Shown: piece by piece, positions 26,039 through 34,276 of the stretch
Layout of the letters: the number at the start of each line of letters is the position of its first letter
Numbering within the stretch: position 1 is the first letter of the stretch
Assembly: GCA_902551155.1 (NCBI GenBank)
Contig: CACDBG010000003.1
Span: 12,887-76,886, forward strand
Direction of reading: 5' to 3'
DNA: 64,000 nt
DNA from: an uncultured Verrucomicrobiota bacterium
Lineage (GTDB): Bacteria; Verrucomicrobiota; Verrucomicrobiia; Limisphaerales; UBA1100
Translations under genes and position numbers: made by a program
Notes under the pieces: model-generated
Databases searched by the model: none
What the model was told of the DNA's origin: nothing
Seen by the model: the letters and a program-made list of their open reading frames with translations, nothing else

Positions 26039-27404
26039 GGTTTCGGAATTAGATCGAAAATATGTATGGCATCCATTCACGCAAATGCGTGATTGGACGG
26101 GGCAAGAGCCGATTCTTATCGAACGAGGCAAGGGCTCTATTCTGACTGATGTTAATGGTAAAAAATATTTGGATGGAAATGCTTCAATTTGGACTAATCT
26201 GCATGGGCACAATAATTTTCGCATTAACAACGCCATTGCAAAGCAGTTGGCCAAAGTGGCGCACAGTTCTGCCTTAGGCTTAGCTAATGAGCCAGCCTCA
26301 GTTTTGGCAGAGAAATTAGTCAAAGCGGCAGGGGCTCCCTTGAATAAAGTATTTTATTCAGATGATGGGTCTACTGCTCTTGAGGTGGCTTTGAAAATGT
26401 CCTACGAACATAATCGAAGGATTAATCGCTCAAAAAAGCCCAGATTCTTATCGCTTATGAGGAGTTATCATGGTGATACCATAGGCGCTGCAAGCTTGGG
26501 GCAAATTGATTTATTTCGGCGTCCTTATAGCGGACTTTTATTCAAGGCGGACAAAGCAATTTCTCCTTATTGTTACCGTTGTCCATTTAATAAAGCAAAG
26601 CCCGAGAGAAGGGACGCGCGACTGGGGCGAAAATGTAAATGGGAGTGTGTTAGTAAGCTTGAAAAAAAAATAAAGTCACATAAATACGCAGCTTTAGTCG
26701 TTGAGCCTCGAGTTCAAGGGGCGGCGGGTATGATTATGCATCCGTCTGGTTGGCTTAGAAGGGCTTCTAATGTGGTTAAAGTTGCAGGAGCACAACTCAT
26801 TGCCGATGAAGTGATGACCGGGTTTGGTAGAACAGGTTTTACTTTTGCGTGCCATAAAGAAAAAGTAATTCCTGATTTTCTTTGTTTGGCAAAAGGGCTA
26901 ACAGGGGGCTATCTCCCGATGGCTGCAACCTTAACTTCGCAGGATGTTTTTGATTCCTTTTTGGGAGAGTATGAAGAAATGAAAACATTTTTCCATGGTC
27001 ACAGTTATTCGGGTAATCAACTGGGGGCTTCGGCTGCGTTGGCGAGCTTGGGTTTGCTTAATAATCCAAGGGGAAGATTACGCCGGAAAAAATTAGAGAA
27101 ACTTCTCTCAATTGAGTTAGAATCCTTGTGGCCTTTTGCTTGGGTTGGGGATGTTCGGCAGGAGGGGCTTGTGGCCGGAGTGGAGCTTGTGGCTGATTGG
27201 AAAACTCGCGAAAGTTTTCCTCTGAAAGCTAAAATTGGGATTAAAGTATGTGAGGTAATGGCCAGAAAGGGTGTTTTGACAAGGCCAATTGGAAATGTAG
27301 TTCCTTTGCTGCCTCCTTATTCTACAACTGATGCGCAATTACGTAAAATGGTGCGCGTGCTTCGCGAGTCTATTATTGAAGTTCTGGGTCCCGATAAAGT
27401 TTAG
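26031..27404 (+). CDS. bioA: adenosylmethionine-8-amino-7-oxononanoate aminotransferase
   Basis: VWHPFTQM, YHGDT, DEVMTGFGRTG, and the PLP lysine in CLAKGLTGGYLP. Confidence 0.92.
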   Translation: MHKVSELDRKYVWHPFTQMRDWTGQEPILIERGKGSILTDVNGKKYLDGNASIWTNLHGHNNFRINNAIAKQLAKVAHSSALGLANEPASVLAEKLVKAAGAPLNKVFYSDDGSTALEVALKMSYEHNRRINRSKKPRFLSLMRSYHGDTIGAASLGQIDLFRRPYSGLLFKADKAISPYCYRCPFNKAKPERRDARLGRKCKWECVSKLEKKIKSHKYAALVVEPRVQGAAGMIMHPSGWLRRASNVVKVAGAQLIADEVMTGFGRTGFTFACHKEKVIPDFLCLAKGLTGGYLPMAATLTSQDVFDSFLGEYEEMKTFFHGHSYSGNQLGASAALASLGLLNNPRGRLRRKKLEKLLSIELESLWPFAWVGDVRQEGLVAGVELVADWKTRESFPLKAKIGIKVCEVMARKGVLTRPIGNVVPLLPPYSTTDAQLRKMVRVLRESIIEVLGPDKV

Positions 27405-29197
27405 TCGCCCGGAACACGGATGCGTTCAACCAATTCTCTCGCTTCTTGCGGAGGGGCTTCGGTGTTTGCTGATACAATCAAAGCTACAATAAAATTAACT
27501 ATTGCGCCAATAGCTCCAAAGGCGTTTGGGGTGATTCCAAAAAACCAGTTTTCATCCATAGTTCCAAGGAATGAGGTGCCGGGGATGAACATAATTCCTT
27601 TATGTTGAAAAACGTAAAGTAATGTTACGCCTAGTCCTGCGATCATTCCTGCAATAGCACCTTGTTTGTTCATGCGTTTGGAAAAAATGCCCATCATTAA
27701 AACAGGAAAAATTGAGGAGGCAGCAAGCCCGAAAGCGATGGCTACGGTACCTGCGGCGAAGTCCGGCGGGTTCAAACCAAAATAGCCGGCAAGGGCAATG
27801 GCGCCGATCATTGCAATGCGACTGGCATTGAGTTCCTGTTGCTCACTGATCTCGGGTTTGAGAATGCCTTTCAGCAGATCGTGCGATACGGCGGAGGAAA
27901 TGGCCAGTAACAGGCCGGCAGCAGTTGAGAGGGCGGCAGCTAATCCTCCAGCAACAACTAGAGCAATTACCCAACCGGGAAGTCCGGCTATTTCCGGGTT
28001 GGCGAGCACGAGGAAATCATTGTCGGGTCCGTTTTTGGCATCTTTTTCAGACTTGCCGAAAGGAATATGAACCAGTTCATTACCTTTCCAACCATTGTCT
28101 GATTCTGCACTGACGGCGAAGGGTTTGTTGGCATCGTTGTAATATTGGATGCGGCCATCAGCGTTTTTATCCTGGTGTTTGAGCAGTCCGGTAATTTCCC
28201 ATTTCTTAAACCAATCCGGGCGCCTGTCAAATTCAAGGCTGCCATTGGCATCAACTGCGTCTCCAGGCTGAAGGGTATTGGTGAGGTTGTATCGCGCCAT
28301 AGCGGCAACGGCGGGGGCCGTGGTGTAAAGGATGGCAATAAAGACAAGTGCCCAGCCGGCGGATAGGCGGGCATCGCTGACCTTAGGCACGGTGAAAAAG
28401 CGGATGATCACGTGCGGTAGGCCGGCGGTGCCGATCATCAACGAGAGAGTGTACATAAACATATTTAGTTTACTTCCCATTACACTGGTTGTGTATTGAT
28501 CGAAACCAAGGTCTGTGACCACCTTGTCTAATTTGACCAGAAGTGGTTCGCCATCGACATCTCCGCCTAGGCCTAGTTGGGGGATTGGGTTTCCCGTAAG
28601 TTCTAATGAAATGAAGATTGCCGGGACAGTGTATGCAAAAATCAGGACAACATACTGAACGATCTGCGTGTAGGTGATGCCTTTCATGCCCCCGAGCACG
28701 GCGTAAAAAAACACAATGCCCATGCCGACAAAGAGGCCGGTGTTGTAGTCAGTTTCCAAGAACCGAGAGAACGCCACGCCGACCCCTTTCATTTGTCCAA
28801 TGACATAGGTGACGGAGATTAGGATCAGGCATACCACGGCCACCACGCGTGCGGTCTTGGAGTAGAATCGTTCGCCAATGAATTCGGGTACGGTAAATTT
28901 TCCGTACTTGCGTAGATAAGGCGCCAGAAGCAGCGCGAGTAGGACATACCCACCGGTCCAGCCCATAAGAAATACAGAACCTCCATAGCCGCTAAATGCA
29001 ATTAGGCCCGCCATGGAAATAAAGGATGCGGCGCTCATCCAATCAGCGGCTGTAGCCATTCCGTTGGCAACGGGACTAACGCCGCCTCCAGCGATATAAA
29101 ATTCCTTTGTCGACTTTGCTTTACTCCATATTGCAATGCCGATATAGGAGGCGAAGGAAAGGCCGACAATAATGTATGTCCAAATTTTGACGTCCAT
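27401..29197 (-). CDS. sodium:solute symporter large subunit (ActP-like, VC_2705-type)
   Basis: 598 aa polytopic SSF transporter with a large soluble loop insertion. It is paired with the DUF4212 small subunit immediately upstream, with a 1-nt overlap. The window also encodes acs. Confidence 0.85.
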   Translation of the reverse strand: MDVKIWTYIIVGLSFASYIGIAIWSKAKSTKEFYIAGGGVSPVANGMATAADWMSAASFISMAGLIAFSGYGGSVFLMGWTGGYVLLALLLAPYLRKYGKFTVPEFIGERFYSKTARVVAVVCLILISVTYVIGQMKGVGVAFSRFLETDYNTGLFVGMGIVFFYAVLGGMKGITYTQIVQYVVLIFAYTVPAIFISLELTGNPIPQLGLGGDVDGEPLLVKLDKVVTDLGFDQYTTSVMGSKLNMFMYTLSLMIGTAGLPHVIIRFFTVPKVSDARLSAGWALVFIAILYTTAPAVAAMARYNLTNTLQPGDAVDANGSLEFDRRPDWFKKWEITGLLKHQDKNADGRIQYYNDANKPFAVSAESDNGWKGNELVHIPFGKSEKDAKNGPDNDFLVLANPEIAGLPGWVIALVVAGGLAAALSTAAGLLLAISSAVSHDLLKGILKPEISEQQELNASRIAMIGAIALAGYFGLNPPDFAAGTVAIAFGLAASSIFPVLMMGIFSKRMNKQGAIAGMIAGLGVTLLYVFQHKGIMFIPGTSFLGTMDENWFFGITPNAFGAIGAIVNFIVALIVSANTEAPPQEARELVERIRVPGD

Positions 29198-29508
29198 TAT
29201 GCCTGCTCCTGGGTTTCGTCCTTTGTTTTGGGCTCATCTTTTTCGTTGAATGAATATTTCTCATCTAGCCTATTCATTAGTCTTACATAGATGAAAATTA
29301 ATACGACGAAAACATAGATAGAGCCTTGTTGAGCCATCCAGAAACCAAATTTAAAGCCACCCAGCTCGATTTTGTTTAATTGTTCAACAAACAGGATTCC
29401 GCAGCCGTATGAAACTAAAAACCATACAGCCATCAACCAGGCTACGATGCGTAGGTTTTCGCGCCAATAGGCTTGACGATTTTTTTCGGGGGTATCTGGG
29501 GTGGCCAT
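29197..29508 (-). CDS. DUF4212 small subunit of sodium:solute symporter
   Basis: YWRENLRIVAWLMAVWFLVSYGCGILF...GFKFGFWMAQQGSIYVFVVLIFIY fits the two-TM DUF4212 pattern. Translationally coupled to the symporter. Confidence 0.85.
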   Translation of the reverse strand: MATPDTPEKNRQAYWRENLRIVAWLMAVWFLVSYGCGILFVEQLNKIELGGFKFGFWMAQQGSIYVFVVLIFIYVRLMNRLDEKYSFNEKDEPKTKDETQEQA

Positions 29509-29631
29509 AGTGGATTACGCCAAAAGTTGCGGGTTTGTAGCAAAGCCTCCGGTTCGGTGCAATGTCCAATGGCAGTAGTGTTTCGCCTTTCAATTCGGTT
29601 TTATGTGGCGTAATGTACGCGTTTTTCTGAA

Positions 29632-30990
29632 ATGCCGAGTGTTTTCATAAAAACGTACGGGTGCCAAATGAATGAGCGTGACAGTGAAGCAGTTGCTGCA
29701 CAACTCATGGCAAAGGGTTATGGGGTAGCTCCAGATGAGAGTCAGGCAGATGTAATTTTGTTGAATACCTGCAGCGTTCGTGATTCTGCAGAACAAAAAG
29801 CGCTCAATAAGATGGACTCCCTCGCGGGGCAAGTGCGCAAACATAGACCAGATACTTTGCTCGGGTTTATGGGGTGTATGGCGCAGAGTAGAGGGGAGGA
29901 GTTGATTGATCAGTTGCCTGATGTAGACCTGGTTCTGGGCACCCAGAAAATTCACAGGGCGGGGCAATATTTGGACGATTTGTTCGCAGGAAGGCGTGAG
30001 CGAGTGGTGGATACTGATGCTGAGAAGGGGAGTGAAGCTGCCATTCGTGAACACTTGCCGGAGACGAAAAATAATTCGGCAGGGATAACAGCTTTCGTGA
30101 GTATTATGCAGGGCTGTAATCAGTTTTGTACATTCTGTATTGTGCCCTATACACGTGGCCGTGAGCGGTGCCGAAACATTGAAGATATAGTCGCAGAGTG
30201 CCGTGGGCTTGTTGATGATGGAGTAAAAGAAGTGACTTTGTTGGGGCAAATAGTAAACAGCTATGGCAAAAGAGAAATAGAATCCAAAGACGGAAAGAGT
30301 GCCTTTGTTCAACTTATTGAAGCTGTGCATGAAATTAATGGTTTGGAGCGGATTCGGTTTACTTCTCCCCATCCAAAAGGGTATGGCAAAGATTTGGTAG
30401 AATCATATGGGCGTCTGCCAAAGTTAGTGGAAAATGCACATCTTCCAGTTCAAAGTGGTAGTGATCGGATGCTCAAGCTTATGCACCGGGGATACACGCG
30501 GGACAGATTCGTGGAATTAGTTAACCAATTGCGGGCTGTGCGGTCAGGAATTGGGGTTGGAACTGATATTATTGTCGGGTTCCCAGGTGAGACTGAAGAA
30601 GATTTCGAGCACACCTTATCCCTTTGCAAACAAGTCAAATTCGACAATGCATTCCTTTTTAAGTACAGCAAGAGAAGGGATACCCCAGCGGCATCTATGC
30701 CCGATCAATTGCCTGAAGAACTAATTGAGGAACGACATGCTCATCTAATGGAGGTTACAGATGAGATACGACAGCGAAAGCTGCAGGATTATATTGGGCG
30801 AAGAATGGAAGTCCTTGTTGAAGGCTATAGCCGTCGTAACACCGAGCGGTTGGAGGGACGGACGCGATGTAATAAAATCGTGATTTTTGAAGGTGGCGAT
30901 AGATTTATCGGTCAGGTATTAGAGGTTGAAATTGAAAGCGCCACTAAAACCACGCTTTATGGAAATCCGGCCATAATTAATCTAAACTGA
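29632..30990 (+). CDS. miaB: tRNA-2-methylthio-N6-dimethylallyladenosine synthase
   Basis: UPF0004 N-domain (FIKTYGCQMNERDSE, NTCSVR), radical-SAM CNQFCTFCIVP, and a C-terminal TRAM domain. Confidence 0.95.
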   Translation: MPSVFIKTYGCQMNERDSEAVAAQLMAKGYGVAPDESQADVILLNTCSVRDSAEQKALNKMDSLAGQVRKHRPDTLLGFMGCMAQSRGEELIDQLPDVDLVLGTQKIHRAGQYLDDLFAGRRERVVDTDAEKGSEAAIREHLPETKNNSAGITAFVSIMQGCNQFCTFCIVPYTRGRERCRNIEDIVAECRGLVDDGVKEVTLLGQIVNSYGKREIESKDGKSAFVQLIEAVHEINGLERIRFTSPHPKGYGKDLVESYGRLPKLVENAHLPVQSGSDRMLKLMHRGYTRDRFVELVNQLRAVRSGIGVGTDIIVGFPGETEEDFEHTLSLCKQVKFDNAFLFKYSKRRDTPAASMPDQLPEELIEERHAHLMEVTDEIRQRKLQDYIGRRMEVLVEGYSRRNTERLEGRTRCNKIVIFEGGDRFIGQVLEVEIESATKTTLYGNPAIINLN

Positions 30991-30991
30991 T

Positions 30992-31540
30992 ATGCCTGAA
31001 ATTAGCTTGGCCAATTTGTCTCTCATGCTAGGTATTACTGCCGTGGCGAAAGGGGTCTGGGGTTTTTCTGCTTCAGAAAAGGCGATCGAATTTGCAAAGG
31101 CATATCCACGTAATAATAATGCGGGATACGTTACAATTTTGGGTGCGATGGTGTGGTTTTTGCTAATTCTTAAAGGGGAAAGCATGAGTGATTTTGAACG
31201 TTATAGAGTTCACTTTAATGTATTTATTCTGGCTACGGGAATTGGTGCTTGTGTTTATTTGAAGGATTTTCTTGCTGTCCGTGGATCGGCTGTATTGGCA
31301 ATTTTGCTCGCAAAGCTGATTGTTGACACTACAAGGTGGCACGAGAGTGACTGGAGGTTGGTCTTGGTAACATGGGCGTATATCATGGTCGTGACGGGAA
31401 TGTGGTTTACCGCTTCGCCTTGGAGGATGCGCGACTTAATTCAATGGTCTACAGCCGATGCAAGTCGCTTCAAAAAGCTATGCGTTGGCCATACTGTCTT
31501 TGGAGTTTTGCTTGTGGTTCTTAGTTTTGCAGTTTTTTAG
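30992..31540 (+). CDS. hypothetical polytopic membrane protein
   Basis: 182 aa with 5-6 hydrophobic spans. Starts 2 nt after the miaB stop. I recognise no family. Confidence 0.55.
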   Translation: MPEISLANLSLMLGITAVAKGVWGFSASEKAIEFAKAYPRNNNAGYVTILGAMVWFLLILKGESMSDFERYRVHFNVFILATGIGACVYLKDFLAVRGSAVLAILLAKLIVDTTRWHESDWRLVLVTWAYIMVVTGMWFTASPWRMRDLIQWSTADASRFKKLCVGHTVFGVLLVVLSFAVF

Positions 31541-31566
31541 GGCTTTAAAAGCCGTCTTGTTATAAC

Positions 31567-32466
31567 ATGGCAGGGTATAGTCGTATTCTTGTGGCGCGGG
31601 GCGGGGCGATAGGAGATTTCATTCTTACAATGCCGGTTTTCTCAGCCTTGAAGAAAACTTATCCAAAAGCTTCAATTGAATGCTTGTCGCCCTCTGGGTA
31701 TGGAGAACTGGTGAAATCAGTAGGACTGGTCGATGCATGTCAGAATCTTGATGATCGCGTGTGGGCCAGTTTTTTTGTTTTGAATGGAGATCTTGATGAT
31801 GAGGTGGCCAAGTGGGTTTCACAGTTTGATTTGATAGTTTCTTTTCTGTATGACCCTGACGAGACTTGGGTAAATAATATACGTAGAACTTCTTCTGCCA
31901 GATTCATACAAGGATGCGTGAGGCCATCTGATGGGGGTAACCAGCCTGCTTCAATTACTTTACTCTCAGTTTTAGGGGAGATTGGGATTCGCGAGGCTGA
32001 TCCGCTACCGAAAATCACAATAGATGCCAATGGTTCTGATTGTTATGATTTGGTCGTTCATCCGGGAAGCGGGAGTGAATTAAAGAATTGGCCAATTGAA
32101 AATTGGATCGAATTACTCAGAGCTTGGCTCGATAGGAATTCAGGGAGACTTTTGATTCTAGGGGGTGAAGCTGAAGAGAAAAAAATGATTCAATTAAGGG
32201 CAACTATAAATTCTACTCGGGTTAGTTTTGCCCTGAATCGGTCTTTGGTTTCAATTGCAAGTTTATTGGGTAATAGCCGGTTTTTCTTGGGTCATGATTC
32301 TGGGATTACTCATTTAGCTGCGGCTATAGGAATGCCTGTGTTGATCTTGTGGGGTCCTTCAAATAGACATGTTTGGAGTCCCCAGCACAAACATGTAAGG
32401 CTGATGGGGCTAAAGGAGGGGGGTAATGTGGTATCTCCAAGCACTGTTTTAGGCCAAATTGGCTAG
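31567..32466 (+). CDS. glycosyltransferase family 9 (heptosyltransferase-like)
   Basis: N-terminal ILVARGGAIGDFILTMPVFSALKK and C-terminal HDSGITHLAAAIGMPVLILWGPS are typical GT9 motifs. Confidence 0.85.
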   Translation: MAGYSRILVARGGAIGDFILTMPVFSALKKTYPKASIECLSPSGYGELVKSVGLVDACQNLDDRVWASFFVLNGDLDDEVAKWVSQFDLIVSFLYDPDETWVNNIRRTSSARFIQGCVRPSDGGNQPASITLLSVLGEIGIREADPLPKITIDANGSDCYDLVVHPGSGSELKNWPIENWIELLRAWLDRNSGRLLILGGEAEEKKMIQLRATINSTRVSFALNRSLVSIASLLGNSRFFLGHDSGITHLAAAIGMPVLILWGPSNRHVWSPQHKHVRLMGLKEGGNVVSPSTVLGQIG

Positions 32467-32525
32467 GTTTTACCTAACATAATAATCAATAGTAGCCTCT
32501 TAAGGGGTTTTTACCTAAAAATCGC

Positions 32526-32554
32526 TTGCACCGAACAGTCCTTCTTCTTATGCT
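32526..32554 (+). promoter_or_regulatory. candidate sigma-70-type promoter for rpmI-rplT
   Basis: TTGCAC (32526-32531), a 17-nt spacer, then TATGCT (32549-32554), about 35 nt upstream of the rpmI ATG. Pattern match only. Confidence 0.3.
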
Positions 32555-32589
32555 TCGCGCCCTTTTTCGAGAGAAAACCAAGAATTTCC

Positions 32590-32802
32590 ATGCCAACCAA
32601 GAAAGTAGTTAACAAGACGCGCAAGGCAGTTTCGAAGCGGTTTAAGATAACCGCTTCGGGGAAGGTTAAGCGTAATAGGCAGGGTAAGCGTCACTTGCTC
32701 TCAAGTAAGAGCCCTAAACAGCGCCGTCGCTTGGGATCTGCTACGTATGTCGTCAAGGACGATATGCGGCGCATTACTGAAAGTCTGCCATTTAGCAATT
32801 AG
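32590..32802 (+). CDS. rpmI: 50S ribosomal protein L35
   Basis: MPTKKVVNKTRKAVSKRFKITASGKVKRNRQGKRHLL is the typical L35 sequence. Upstream of rplT. Confidence 0.95.
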   Translation: MPTKKVVNKTRKAVSKRFKITASGKVKRNRQGKRHLLSSKSPKQRRRLGSATYVVKDDMRRITESLPFSN

Positions 32803-32810
32803 GATACTCC

Positions 32811-33176
32811 ATGCGATCAACTAACGGACCCGCCTCACGTAAACGACGCAAGCGCTGGCTGAAGGCTGCCAAAGGCTTCTGGCTTCGCCGTAGCAAGCTC
32901 TACCGCTATGCGAAAGATGCTCTGGATCACGGTCGGCAATATGCTTATCGCGATCGCCGTAATAAGAAGCGTGAATTCAGAGCTCTATGGAATGTGCGCA
33001 TTAACGCCGCTTGTCGTGCTAATGAAATCACCTACAGCCGATTTATAGAAGGCCTGAAGGCGGCTGAAGTCGAAGTGAACCGCAAGGTCCTTGCTGACAT
33101 TGCTGCACAAGATGAGGCTGCATTTGCCGAATTAGTGAAGGTCGCGCAGGGAGGTCTGGAAACAAAAGCCAATTAG
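32811..33176 (+). CDS. rplT: 50S ribosomal protein L20
   Basis: RKRRKRWLKAAKGFWLRRSKLYRYAKDAL...AYRDRRNKKREFRALWNVRINAA is the L20 signature. Confidence 0.96.
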   Translation: MRSTNGPASRKRRKRWLKAAKGFWLRRSKLYRYAKDALDHGRQYAYRDRRNKKREFRALWNVRINAACRANEITYSRFIEGLKAAEVEVNRKVLADIAAQDEAAFAELVKVAQGGLETKAN

Positions 33177-33195
33177 AGCCAGATGCACTTTTAGA

Positions 33196-33224
33196 ACGGG
33201 CGGCCGCTGGCTGCCCGTTTTTTT
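33196..33224 (+). terminator. Rho-independent terminator between rplT and pheS
   Basis: A 9-bp GC-rich stem (ACGGGCGGC / GCTGCCCGT, one G-U pair) with a 5-nt loop, followed directly by seven Ts (33218-33224). Confidence 0.85.
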
Positions 33225-33265
33225 GTTGGTGGGTTGAACCTGAATCACTACATTCCCAGAGCAAC

Positions 33266-34270
33266 ATGTCTTTACTAGATGAAATTGGCCCGTTGAAAAT
33301 CGAGGCATTGGCTGAACTCAACAGTGCCAATGATCAGGCGGCTCTTGATCGTGCTAAAGGTGCTTGGCTTGGCCCGCAGGGTCGGTTTACCGGCTTGATG
33401 AAGCAAATGGGGTCTCTCTCAAAGGAGGACCGACCCCTTGCCGGTAAGGCTATTAATGCTGCAAAGAGTGAGTTGGAGGTAGCGCTAAAAGAGGCACGTG
33501 ACCGTATCGAGCTAGCCGGTGCTGTACCGAGTGAGCCAATTGATTTTACGGCTCCTGGTCGTCGTTTGAGGGTCGGTAAGCTTCATCCTCTCACACAGGT
33601 GACCGAGGATATTGTTAAGAGCTTTCGTAAACTTGGATTTGTTGTGGCTGATGGCCCGGAGGTTGAGGATGAGTATCATTGTTTTGATGCACTAAATACT
33701 CCTGTTGATCATCCTGCACGGGATGCGCAAGATACTTTTTATGTAGCAACGGATTCTCGGCCTCTCTTGCGAACCCACACTTCAAGTGTGCAGATTCGCG
33801 TTATGAAGACCCAGAAGCCGCCCGTGCGCATTATCGTCCCGGGAAGGGTGTATCGACGTGATACAGCTGACGCGACGCATAACCCCACCTTTCATCAGGT
33901 CGAGGGTTTATACGTCGATAAAGGAGTGACTGTTTCTGATCTAAAAGGCACGGTGGAATTTGTTTTCAGGGAATTAATGGGGGCAAAAACACAGATTCGT
34001 TTTCGTCCGCATTATTTCAGTTATACTGAGCCGAGCTTCGAGATTGATTTTGCCAATTCGTTGACGCGAAAAATGGGCAAAGATTGGCTGGAAATTGCAG
34101 GCTGTGGGATGGTTCACCCTGCGGTCTTAGAGGAAGTGGGTTTAGATCCAGAAGAATGGACCGGTTGGGCCTTTGGATTTGGTATCGAACGGATTGCCAT
34201 GCTGCGTTATGGCATCAATGATATACGACTTTTTTACGAGAATGATACACGCTTTATACATCAATTTTAA
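33266..34270 (+). CDS. pheS: phenylalanine--tRNA ligase alpha subunit
   Basis: HPLTQV, the class II motifs DTFY...LLRTHTSSVQIR, GRVYRRD, and GFAFGFGIERIAML. Confidence 0.96.
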   Translation: MSLLDEIGPLKIEALAELNSANDQAALDRAKGAWLGPQGRFTGLMKQMGSLSKEDRPLAGKAINAAKSELEVALKEARDRIELAGAVPSEPIDFTAPGRRLRVGKLHPLTQVTEDIVKSFRKLGFVVADGPEVEDEYHCFDALNTPVDHPARDAQDTFYVATDSRPLLRTHTSSVQIRVMKTQKPPVRIIVPGRVYRRDTADATHNPTFHQVEGLYVDKGVTVSDLKGTVEFVFRELMGAKTQIRFRPHYFSYTEPSFEIDFANSLTRKMGKDWLEIAGCGMVHPAVLEEVGLDPEEWTGWAFGFGIERIAMLRYGINDIRLFYENDTRFIHQF

Positions 34271-34276
34271 GGCACC

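Noticed and set aside
25468-26076. 202-aa minus-strand ORF inside bioF/bioA
   Set aside because: It is antisense to two well-supported PLP enzymes, with no motifs of its own.
29590-30372. 260-aa minus-strand ORF overlapping the miaB 5' half
   Set aside because: miaB on the plus strand is complete and has all of its motifs. The antisense product has no recognisable domain and has an odd composition.
33225-33265. T-box or independent promoter for pheS
   Set aside because: The segment is only 41 nt, far too short for a T-box. TTGAAC is present, but no acceptable -10 lies at the proper spacing.
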